Notes under the pieces: model-generated
Told to the model about the DNA's origin: nothing
Databases searched by the model: none
Seen by the model: only the letters and a program-made list of their open reading frames with translations
Origin: Saccostrea cucullata
Taxonomy: Eukaryota
NCBI RefSeq assembly: GCF_032062105.1
Contig: NW_026932690.1
Coordinates: 186,001 to 250,000 of the forward strand
DNA: 64,000 bases
Direction of reading: 5' to 3'
In this document: in pieces, positions 39,401-50,708 of the stretch
Numbering within the stretch: position 1 is the first letter of the stretch
Layout of the letters: each line of letters opens with the position of its first letter
Made by a program: the position numbers and the translations under genes

Positions 39401-42400
39401 GGAATTTAAGAGTATCCACATCTGATTCACACCACTTCTTGAATATATTGTTGCACAGTTCTCCTGGAGTTTTTACTTCACTACTGTCAATATCGAAAGA
39501 GTCTTGGTCGAACATTTACTGGAACCCGCAATGTATCTTTGTTTGTAAGGATTCTTATGAAGTTTCGGATTCCAATATATATATATAGGGTAGTTCAAAT
39601 TTATTTTGGCTCTGTGGAATATTTAAAACTGACATGATTTTGAATAATTTCTTCCTTAGAAAGGGAAGTATGAGTATAAGTAGGATACCACTTGTAGAAT
39701 TAAATCCAAGTTCTTCTGAAATACAATTTATATAATGAGCCTTGCAAACGAAGACAATGTTGTTACCTGCTTTATCGGCAGGGACCAGTACGAACTGATC
39801 ATGTAATAATCATCTAATTCTTTTTTTCACTTCTGGATTATTGAACACAGAAGGATATATATGGTTTTCATATTGCCCCTCAATCTTTTAATAAGCGACT
39901 CTTACATGGATCAGATATATACATTTAATCCATTCTGACAAAGTGTCAACGTCTTCTTTTTCATATCTGACCCATCGTCTGGCGTAATTTTCAACAGAAT
40001 ATATATTTATGAAATTGAAGGATCGGGGTTCCCTATATTTAGGACCTTTTAAAATAAGTGATCTATGGTCCTCGTTATTAAATAATAAATTTTATATGAC
40101 TATATATTAAATAGGGTTCCTCTCAAAACAACGAAATTAAATGCCCACGAAACTATTTTTGATGACAAATCAACGAAATTTTATCCCCACAAAAATTTGT
40201 GCTTCTACAGTATATTTACGTCACCTGCAATAACGTGTCCTGCAGGACTATAGCTAAAGGGCGAAGATGAACATGATGGAGGATTATGTTTCAGATAGTC
40301 CATAATCACAGATCCGAGCCTATTTTCTGGTATCAAAGAATCAAAAATTGGACTTTTCTTGGCGTTTTCAAGAAGACTACTGTATTTAAAAGTTTCAAAG
40401 GAACAGAGTAAACAGTGTAAAGGAACAGAGTAAAGTTTGGTGCGAATATGATGAAGACCTAAATGTTGATTTACATAAGGTAGTAATGAATCGAAAGAGA
40501 CGTTGTGTATTGCAGGTTTATTGTAAGATCGATGTCTATGACTACGCTTACGTCTCTGTGTATGGTTAAAAAGTCCCACCACATTTACATTGTTACACTT
40601 TGGACTGGAATGATTTCAACACTATCAACATTGTCATTACATCTATAGGGAAAGGCTGTCCCTAGTTTTCTACTCCAAAATTTCTTTTCGTTGTCTACGG
40701 AAAGGTGTACTGCGACGGACTATTTGTGTGGTGATAAATTTTTTCGAGAATTCTAACTTTTATTGACACAATAGAATGATCAGGTAAATTAAAAAAGTAT
40801 AAAAGCTGCTGACCACCATGATTTATTTGAAATCGATGAACTGATTTTTCACTGCAAGAATGCAAGTTCAGTTTCACATAACCGTGACTATATAAATACA
40901 TTTAACAGTTTTTCTCCATCCTGACATTTTTTAAAAAACGACAAAACTGTAGAATTAGTAGAATTAGTAGGCACGTTTGGCAAATAAAAATTGACTAGCT
41001 TAGGCAAATAATTTCCTTTGAACAATTATAAATGTGATCGGTCATTATGGTCCAACAATCTATAGGAATTCCCTCGGGTACCTGTTACTCCCGTTATTAG
41101 CAGAATAATTCATATGAAGCAGAATTCGATATGATATATCCTGGTGTGCTTGAGATAAAAGATACCACAGGGTCTGACACATCTGTTTCATATTTGGATA
41201 CTAGTATTTTTACTGGGTAAAAACGGCAATAGTTATCTGACAGCAAGGTTTTATGATAAACATGATGACTTTAATTTTTCTATCTTCCCTTACTTATGCA
41301 GCAATATACTTTCATCACTTGCACATGTTTTTAATATATCTCAGTTGATTCGATACGCAAGAGCATGCTCTACGTATAAACAATTTATAAATGAGGTAGG
41401 TTACTGAAAGATAAATAGCTGAAACAAGACTATCAGCAGTCTCATTTAAAGTCATCATTTCATAAGTTCTTTGTTCGATACAAATAACATTGTCAGCATA
41501 TACAATTTATCATTTTTCATACTAATTGTTAGACCATTATATACTCACCGAATTGTCGACGGATTTTTCCGTAATTTCCCGATCATGAAGAGGAGCACAC
41601 GGCAGGTGTGACCGGTCGGCAGGAGATGCTCACTCATTCATGGCACCTGATCCCATCTCTGCTCTTTTGGGTGTCCGTGTTCGCTTGCTCCAATTTTGTA
41701 TTATTTAATAGACTTTTGAGTTTGAATACTGTTTGTGTTCTCCATATATTTCATTAAGTAACTTTTTTTAAAACAACCAACCGAGTGGACAAATTAAGTC
41801 CATAGTCGGTATGATTGAAAGATAGTCGAGTACTCGATTATACGTTTACATCCCTCCTATACATATTAAGATTAGCAGCTGATTGTCCTTGAGCATGCGT
41901 TGTAATTTAATGTTTCATTTGTCCATAACACTAATCAGAATCTGGTTCTTAATTTGTAATCCTTTCTACAACCTACATTCGCATACATTCGTACAGTCCC
42001 TTTGATGGAGTATTTAAAAGGAGGTACAGTTTATTGCTTAAGATGTGATAAATCAATCATTATCAAATTAATCTTTAATATATTTTTTTTTCCAATTTAA
42101 TGACGATATTACAAATTATGTGGGTTTTTTAAAAAAAATATCTTATGATTAAAACATCAATGATTTGTAAGCATAATTTAGCTTTTCAAGCAGTAACAGA
42201 TATCAACTTTATACACAACCATTCCCCACGATAAATTAAAGTCCAGGCTTTTTGGTATCATTGACAGCTGCTTTTTCAATAAAAATGGAACTCGTAAATT
42301 TACTTACCTGGTAATTGGTCATTTCCAAAATTATTTTGTTAAAACATTCTGATTGCACAAACAAGTGCAAGCCAGGTATGTTACGGATTATGCGTTCCAA

Positions 42401-45400
42401 TCAACAGAGTTACAGAATTCACTAATTATAACTACATTGTATGTAGTGAAGTACTCTGAAGTTTACATCAAAGAGACCTTGAGTTTCCGATTGACAATAT
42501 CTATGTGGTTTTTGGAGACCATGCATTCCAACAATCTATTGGAATTCCCATGGGTAACATTTGCGCACCGTTATTAGCAGACATATTTTTGTATTCATCT
42601 GAAGCAGAATTTGTGCAAAATCTTATGCGTGAAAAGAAGTCAAATGCTGAATGACGTTTTTCATATTAATTGTAAGTCTATTATTTAAACACTGAAGTGA
42701 CGACGGATTTTTCCGTTATTTCCCGATCCTGGCAAGGAGCACACGGCGGATTTGACCGGTCAGCAGGGGATGCTCACTCTATGGCGCCTGATCCCGTCTG
42801 ATGTTTCGGAGATCCGTGTTTGCTCTGCTCCTATTTTGTATTTTTTTATGGACTTTGATATTGAATACTATTCGTTTATCTCCATATCCTTCATCAAAAA
42901 AGTAAGAGTTCAAATAAAATGTATTTCACAATAAACAACTTTTGAAACTTTTGTACTGTTGATTACATGGCCAACAGGACAGCCTGTAGTAATTTTGTCA
43001 TAATTTTTTAATACGCGGTAGTTAATTCGTATTTTTCTTTTTAGAAAATGTATAGACATATAACAAAAAACTTTAAAGATATTCACTCTCCTTTATTCAA
43101 GGACTAACCGACTTATTTTTTTATTTCATGATGTGATCAATCGATTGGCTTGCGTGATAATTTGCACAAACGCGTTCATGCATAAAATTATCACGCAAGC
43201 CAATCGATTGATCATCGTCATGAAATCGAAAAATCTGAATTATTCCTTATATTTACATGGTATTGATTCCGCCAATCCACGTGCTAGAAGCCCCGCTTCT
43301 TGTCTCTATTTGTCCCGCCCCGCACGTGATTTGTTTAAAACGCGCCTATCGATGAACCAGTACATTGATGGAGAAATAAAGTGCATTAACAATTTGTAAT
43401 TTTATCTCGAACAAAGACATTGGAAATGTAAATATTTTGGGATGAATGTATTTTAAAGCACAACATGATAACCTGTTCTTTATATAAATTATTCTGTTAC
43501 TTGACAGTGGCACTTTTCTACAATTATGAGATGAGAACAAATGAAGGTTCATGTTATAGAATAGACCGCAACGAAAAGACAACAATGGCTGCTACAGGTG
43601 GGTGTCCATATTAAATCAAACTCCATATTGCTATAAAATATACCTCAGTATTGTCATAATATAGGACTCAATATTATCATTCGAGGGCTGTTCAATAAAT
43701 AATGTCCTTGGTGCTCGAAAAGAAACAAAAAATGATTTTCAATTATGTATCCTTAATGATTTGACTTATATATTCTCTTTTAATTAAAGCACATGTTCGT
43801 AACATTTTTAACCAATTTCTGATCGTTTTTAGAACACATTTTTGAGTATGACACTTCGTATACTGGATTATGGCAAATCCTCTGATTTCCTGGACTTGCT
43901 TCTTCTTTCTAAAAGGTGTTTTTTTTTCAAGTTAAGAAAATGAAACAAGTCAAAAGATGAAAGATCTATTAATATTGTCGGTGTAACAATTCATTAACTT
44001 TCTGTTTATCTCCAAAACTCCTTTACTCTTTATGGCATATTGGTTTTGACTCTGTTAAGTTGAAATTTAATGTAGTGGATTCCTGATTCTGGTTCCATCG
44101 TCTCATAAACCTTTGGGTTTCTTTTTTTTTGCCAACATTTTCTTGCTAGACTTATTCAGAAATTGCATTGCCTTCATGAATAAGAATTTCACCAACAAGA
44201 CCACTCATTTTTAGAAAAATTGCATATAAAACTATTTTTATGCTTTTGCAGTTCTTTGCTCTTCTCAGACCTTGGCTTTTTTTTTTTTTTGTCAAGTGCA
44301 TCTTATTGTAAAGTTGTTTTGAGGGTTTAAATTAAAGTAATAGATTCTAGTTTCACTATCTGTTTGAATTCCAAAAAAAACTGGATACCCACAATTTTTG
44401 ATTTTTTAAAATAATTGATTAGATATGCTTACACGCTGTCGTTTTCACTCAGTTTTCAAAACATAGGGTGGCCATTGAGTACTAAGCTATTTTACTGTCA
44501 CATGTTTCTTTAAAACAGTGTAAACAACCCCAAAATGATGCCTATCAATTTTGCTATATGTACTAAAGGCAGTCAAACATCATCCATGTTATTTGTTGAA
44601 TTTTGGCTAACGTACATAGGTTGTGGTAAGTTTTTGTCGCCAAGGACAGTACCCAATTTTAATGCCCATTAAATTAATTTTGTTCATTGAAATCCACCTG
44701 CTCATGTGTCTTTAAAGCAAACAATGATTGTTGTTAATGTCACATAATTTAGTAAATATTTCTTTGGGATTCCTAACGAGTTTAACAGCAGTTTTCATGA
44801 AGCGTTTAATTTCACTCTAGTGTACTGATTCTTTACCATTCATTTATAATGCAGTGTCTCGAATAGCATTGTTTTCCAGCTTCTCACAATGAAACTTTGT
44901 GGTGAAAAGTGGTCAAATAAACTGTAATCAATTCATTAAAGATTCATTCATGAGAGAAAGTCAAGCTTAGTGTCGTATTATTTATATTTTGTATGTCATA
45001 GAGCTCATGACATTTTTTTTATTGAAGAGCCTTCGTACAATCCGGCTAATATTGTGTCAAAAAATCAGACTTAATGTACGACTCGTTGATCTTAAGATGA
45101 AATTTTCTGACTCCATATTATCATTAAACTCAGTATAATCACTTAAATCGTATTTCTCATCATTTTTATTAAATTAAATCAATATTCTCATTAATTTATT
45201 CGTCATTAATTTATAAATCTGGCTGAAAATTTGTTTGATATTTGGAGTAAGTGGTATACCACAACTGATTATGTTTATGATTTTTTTAAGAGTTCCACTA
45301 CTTGCCTTGGTTTAAATATCTTTCTCAGTTGAGTTCTTCTATTTACACGGATCCTGTCCTGCTTGTTTGTCAGTCCGTCTGTCTTTCCAACTCTTAATCT

Positions 45401-46162
45401 TTATCATTTTCAACTTTTTTCTCTCTAGAGACCCACTTATCCAATATCAACGGAAGAAAGCATCATTAAGTAAAGGAAATTTTAGCTTGTTCAAATTAAT
45501 GATCACCTTTTCTTAAAGGGCAGGGGTTGGGGGAGGGGTTATCTAGATCAGGCAAAAGAAGGGATTTTCAAACCTTTTTAGGGCTATAAAGCCAGAAAAA
45601 ATGATACTGTATTGGAAGACACAGTATAGTTTAAAGCTGTTCAATTTCTGGCCCCTGATGGCACGATAGAGTCAGAATCCTTTGAACAAAGTACCGGTAA
45701 TATCGGTACATTGTATGTAAATTTTCAAGCATTCTTAGATAGTGTAGATTCAATTTTGCTCCAATCATGTCCCGGGGTAGGGTGTTGCCACGAAAGTATA
45801 AAAGTATGACCCAAAAAATCAGAATTTCATTTTTTATATATAATCAGAAAACAACTGGACAACACTTATTCATACGGTAATCATACCAATATGCAAAATA
45901 TTCCTTACATAGCTGTGTGGAATTAAATTTGCAAAAGTGAGCCCAGAAATCAGGATAGAGCTAAAATCGAGGTCAAAATACCTTTAAACCATACACTCTT
46001 TTGAGGTGTGTTGGAAAACAATATATCGTCAAAATGTCATGAAAATAAATTTGGAAACTTCTTTCTTAAAACTTTTCAAAGAAGAACAATTAAACCAAAG
46101 TATATTTATCCAAAAAAAGCTAGTGAAATGCACTGGAGCACATTTCAATGGAGAATGACTTA

Positions 46163-46207
<45 letters not shown>

Positions 46208-47479
46208 AGTTAAATAACTCAGATCTTTTAAAAATTGCATCAAGGTTTCATTCATTTTCAGATTCGCTCCTACACAAGACAATTCGTGTCATGAAATACC
46301 AAAACTATTCGGTTCAAATCAAGTCTTGCTGTGAAAGGCCGTCTACCACTGATTCTACACCAATTGACCCGGGCACCACTCCCCAAGGTAAACTCCACCC
46401 ACCTACAGTTATAACCACCACCAAATCAACAGGTAACCACACCTCTAACACAAATACAAGATTGAAAATTAAAACTAGTTATTAAGATTGTCATTTTGTT
46501 CCATTTTTTCCAGACAATTCAAGAGCAGGCTACGCCATTACAATATTGCTAATATTCATTGGTGCCATTTTCGCTGTCTTATGTCTTTTTTTCCTGTGCT
46601 GTAAAATTTGCTGCACCCCAAAACGGTTTGTTTTACTTCGTTCTGTTTCATTATCTTCAGATAACTAATTTAATAATGATGTTTAGATTTAAATATGCTC
46701 ACTTTTGTGTGTATAGGCGTCCTTCGTATAAGGTGGAATACGCAGACCCTAGTGACGTCATTGCATCCAGTAGTGGAGCGGAATATTCCACGCCGTATGA
46801 CACATGTAAAGCGAGAAATAGGGTAGTCAAGGTAACTACTAAAACCAAGGGAGCGGGTAAAAACAAAGTATCACTTCGTAAGAAATTAAGTCAGAGATTC
46901 AGTTCTAGACCAAGAGGGAGAAGGCGTGAAAATGATTCAGGATTTAGTGATCTTTTAGAGAGTGACGTAAGCAAAGTGTCAGGAAAGGAGGATCAAATGG
47001 AAAGTAAAGAGGCCCAATATATGGAGATTCCTTTAACAAAATTAAATGTAACAAAATCCTTAAGCAACCCGTCATATTCAAAAGTTGACAGAAAATCCAA
47101 TGGCAGGGGAGATAATGACAAAAAAGAGACTGGTGTTCGATTTACTTTACCGAATAGTGGTCTCCAGGAAAGACAAAAATTAAGTTCACCCTCTCCGAGA
47201 CAAGAAAGGGTAGACTCCCCTTATGAATCATTACCAGACAAAGACAAAAACAACAAAGTTTGTGAAGTGAGAAACAATGAGAAGAAAAATTTAACAGAAA
47301 ATCCTTATGCTGTTCCAGAATGTGACAAAGAACGACCTATTCAATCCAAACCACCGGAAACAGATACATCACGAGACAGTCCTTACGCGGAAATAAATCA
47401 CGTGTTTCCAGTTGATGGAGATGCCAAAGTGAAAAGGTTTATAAAGGCTATGGGGGAGGGGGAGAACCCTTACATGTGA
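33460..47479 (+). CDS. Receptor copy B: single-pass type I membrane glycoprotein with tyrosine-motif tail, 535 aa; exons 33460-33565, 33927-34074, 34829-34899, 35056-35139, 38175-38327, 46262-46432, 46514-46625, 46717-47479
   Basis: Eight phase-compatible exons summing to 1608 nt with no internal stop; hydrophobic N-terminus; ectodomain with NGS/NGT/NFS/NIT/NIS/NET/NYS sequons and a Thr/Pro stalk; TM YAITILLIFIGAIFAVLCLFFL followed by CCKICC; tail motifs YADPSD, YSTPYD, YMEI, NPSYSKV, SPYESL, NPYAVP, SPYAEI, NPYM. Confidence 0.82.
35290..35790 (+). mobile_element. Penelope-like retroelement 3' fragment
   Basis: cagcatatgtatggagtttgtgtc..cagttgatacgcaagag..ttctatggtcgatacaatgaccttgtcagcaaa, then degenerate ctccttcatggcaactgatcc terminus. 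Confidence 0.65.
36389..38031 (+). mobile_element. Degenerate Tc1-family DNA transposon
   Basis: TA-flanked TIRs cagtcatgggacataattattcgccac / gtggcgaatatttatgttccatgactg; broken transposase with WIFSD, IMIWGC, FMDDN, WPAQSPDLNIIENIW. Confidence 0.9.
37230..37550. mobile_element. Non-autonomous element with ~110-bp palindrome nested in the Tc1; second copy at ~43125-43435
   Basis: tgatcaatcgattggcttgc.tgat..ttgcataaacgcc-gaa-ggcgtttatgcataaaattatcatgcaagccaatcgattgatca hairpin; inner inverted repeat ttattccttatatttaca / tgtaaatataaggtaata. Confidence 0.75.
38455..40950 (-). mobile_element. Degenerate Penelope-like retroelement with GIY-YIG remnant upstream of the RT (Naiad/Chlamys-type domain order)
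   Basis: Minus-strand remnants in order: ..HRFQINHGGQQLLY.FNLPDHS..RILEKI..TAFPYRCND (40.6-40.9k), KGPKYREP, FVLVPADKAGNNIVFVCK, IPMGTNCARLLADLFLYSYE..FRYIGDVLSINN, then the conserved 3' terminus. Confidence 0.8.
41065..41755 (+). mobile_element. Penelope-like RT/3' fragment
   Basis: ggaattccc..ggtacc..ccgttattagcaga, cttgagataaaagataccacag, tcagttgattcgatacgcaagagcatgctc, 3' terminus at 41595-41700. Confidence 0.8.
42215..42890 (+). mobile_element. Penelope-like fragment inverted relative to 38460-39330
   Basis: 42215-42370 is the reverse complement of 39180-39330; internally deleted RT then 3' terminus. Confidence 0.8.
43682..45035 (-). mobile_element. Degenerate mariner-like transposon
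   Basis: TIR cgagggctgttcaataaataatgtc / gacattttttttattgaagagccttcg-TA; 1.35 kb is the typical mariner size; no intact ORF, strand tentative. Confidence 0.65.
46165..46208. repeat. (GA)n microsatellite
   Basis: Direct inspection. Confidence 0.95.
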
Positions 47480-49394
47480 AGATTCAATGCACGGTTTGGG
47501 TTTATTAAGAAAGGTCACATAGAGGATTACGGTCAGGATGAAATGGTTTACGTGATTCTACCAGAGATAAGCCAAATATACTGTTCTCAACATAATTACT
47601 GGTACGATTGGTGCAATGCTTTCAATTTTTTACGTGCCATCCTTTATTTAAATAAGAATTTATAAAGAGTACCCTTTAAGAAAAAGAAAAGTAGAAAGGA
47701 GATTATTCTTTTATCTGGATTTTATGTACATGCACAATAATATTGTATTTTTCATTTTTTATTTATTTTACAAACTGTATACTTCATTTTGCTTTTGTTT
47801 GAGGCATTAACTTGTTATTTATAAAGCATATAATTCGGTTGTTTTTAAAGTCATTTACTGTTGTGATTTATTTATGGGGTTGCTACAAGAAGGAGGATAT
47901 ATTGTTAACTCCGGTTACAAGTCCCAAGGAGTGTCGTGTAAATGAGCTGGCATACCCAACAAACTACAGAGGAACTCTTTAATTTTATGAAATCAAAAAT
48001 TTTACATATAGGATGCATATTTTTACCCAGACAATTGCCACATATATCTTTGCATCTTTGCACAGTAACATTTAATAGAATTAAATAAGGGCACAGAAAA
48101 TGGACTTTATGGATTGCATAAAAAAAAAAATCTGAATTGAAATGTTAGATAGCAAAACAAACACACAGGGTCAACTCCTCTTTTCCAGTAAGGGTGCACG
48201 CTAGGAAATTGAACGCAACCAGAAAAAAAAGTTTCCAAAAGAGGAAAAAGAGCATAAAGACGCCCAAACTTAATTTCAATGGATATAATCTTTCGTGAAC
48301 TTTAGACTAAATCTAACTGTAATTATGTTAGATTCAGTACTAATACAGTCTATGAATTTTTGTGTGAGGTTTTTACTGGATGAGCTCTCGGTTGGATATC
48401 AAGAAGTTCCAGACTTTTCCCATGCCTCTCAACCAATTCAATTTACAAACCATAACAGTGCATTGGAACAAAGTTCAATTTGCCCATAGAATTAAAAAAA
48501 ACATTAATCAATAACTTACTTTTATAATTGATATTTTTCTTTATGTAGGTAATTGCTTTTATCTCCTAGAACCTGCCCTGTCAGGCATTAGACTGTCTGT
48601 TTAATTTACACATGGAACAACAATATTAGCCCTGTCTAATGATAAGCTGTCAATACATTTTATACATGAAACTTCATTATTAGCCATGACTAATGTCAGA
48701 CTGACAGTATATTTTGTACATGGAATCTCGATACATGTATTAGCTCTATCTAATGCCTGCACAGCCTTAATTTTCTTTCAATTATATTGTAGTTTCTTGA
48801 GTTTTGGTAACCTATTGAATGATCAATTTTACACAACTTTCTACCTTTATGACACACTTTTACAAAATTCTCCCTCTATGCCTGGCAAACATCATTCAGG
48901 TTACATGTCATGTGTTGATTTAAGTATAAATCTATAGGAAATAGAGCTAATTTCTGAAAAATATGATATCCGTAAAACGTTTGTTTGTGTTACTAGCATT
49001 TATCCTTAAGTTATAACAAAGCAACAAAAAGAATTTAAAATTTTAAACAAAAGTGATTAGAATTAACAATACAAATGTATGTTTGCAGACGAAATAGTTA
49101 ATTATCGGCAGTAGGTTCTGAAGCTTGTACTCCAAAATTATCTCAATAGAAGCCAAGACAGAAATGAGTATATCATGATCGATTTCCGTAGAAATCTCTA
49201 CTATAGCTACAAAACAGGTGTGTCGATCTGACCTAAGTTATCAGCCTGTCAGAATTCAGAAGATATATTTTTAGAACTTCAAATTGGTATATTTCAAACT
49301 CAGAACCTAATAATACATGAGAATGTACTATTTAGATTATCAAAATTCCTAACCATTTTTTTTATACTACATAGCAAAATTTCGTCTTTCTAAA

Positions 49395-49945
49395 GGCCGG
49401 TATACACGATAAGATTTGTAGAATAATAAAAGTATTACATACTTTTGTATTATAATACTTTTTTGTACTCACGCTAATATATATCTTATAAGATTGTGAA
49501 TAATACGTATTCCAACGTGATTCCTCCGCTATATTTCTCTCTCTGTGAAAATAATAAAGATGGAAGATGAGGTTCTGATAGCAGTGTCGATCACTACTAC
49601 CAGGTATGCACTGCTTGATATATTCCACGAGTTCTCTCACCCTTTCCCATAAAACCACGAGTTTTTCGATGGCTTTACTTGTAAAGTCTGCCATTATTAT
49701 TAAGCATGTGCTCTTTTAGTAATGATATAAATAGGATGACCCCAATGGGAGTACATTGTTTGGTTGAAAGTGAAAGGTATATAAGTTAAGCCTTGTATAA
49801 AGAAATAGAGCATTGACCTATTCTTAATACAGTTTTGCAAGATTAAAAAAATTGTATGATACTCTGTATTAAGAGTGTATACACAGTAAGATTTTGCATT
49901 ATGATACAAATCTTAAAAAACCAAATCTTATCGTGTATACCGGCC
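49395..49945. mobile_element. MITE 1 of TTAA-linked chain (Kolobok-like)
   Basis: TIR ggccggtatacacgataagatttg / caaatcttatcgtgtataccggcc. Confidence 0.85.
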
Positions 49946-49949
49946 TTAA

Positions 49950-50386
49950 AGCTGAACACGATTCGTAAAAGGAATGTGTCCGCCACTTTTGTTCCCGAGT
50001 CTCGCTACTCTGCAGACCCATATATATAGGACAGGACTTAGTCACTGTTCGGTGTAATCAGTCGACACAGTCGACCCATGCTATACAGCACTCGGTAGCG
50101 AGAATAATTAACGTAATACTTCGTCTAATGCAGGAAAGTAATACACCAAATAAATTTACTATTTTAGTTGTACAGGTCAGTGCAGTATACAAACAACAGG
50201 TAAACGTAGCTGCAAAAAAATGTAAACAAAGGTAATGCAAGATAACCAGCACGAACACCCACGCCGATACCCGTGACAATAAAGCAGTAAAGTGTAACGA
50301 ATGCGACGAGTATACCCTAGTGTTGATGTATCATAGATACTGATATCAAAAAATGGCGTATCCCTATTTACCAGTCGTGTTTAGCT
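49950..50386. mobile_element. MITE 2 of TTAA-linked chain (Kolobok-like)
   Basis: TIR agctgaacacga / tcgtgtttagct, TTAA on both sides. Confidence 0.75.
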
Positions 50387-50390
50387 TTAA

Positions 50391-50708
50391 GGTCAGACGG
50401 CACGTTCCTCAAAAATATATAATTTTTCCCAATAATTGGTCATTGAAGTCTAGGAACTAAAGCATGTCTCCTCACAAAAAATTAGGTACCTTACCAGGCA
50501 TTTGGACAAGATACCACGGGTGATATTTCTTATATAACCCTTATGCGTAATCTTCTGAATGGCCTATATCATGATTTTTGGTGAACTTATATTTAAAAAC
50601 ATAATGAAAACAATGTAGATATCACAAGAGAATGACAATTATGCATAATTTTTTTTATATAATACCAAGAAATACAAAGCATATATTTGAGGAACGTGTC
50701 GTCTGTCC
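50391..50708. mobile_element. MITE 3 of TTAA-linked chain (Kolobok-like)
   Basis: TIR ggtcagacggcacgttcctcaaa / tttgaggaacgtgtcgtctgtcc, TTAA on both sides. Confidence 0.85.

Noticed and set aside
46559-46716. Hydrophobic N-terminus of the 306-aa ORF as a real start
   Set aside because: It is off-frame TM exon plus intron; the true frame enters at acceptor 46717
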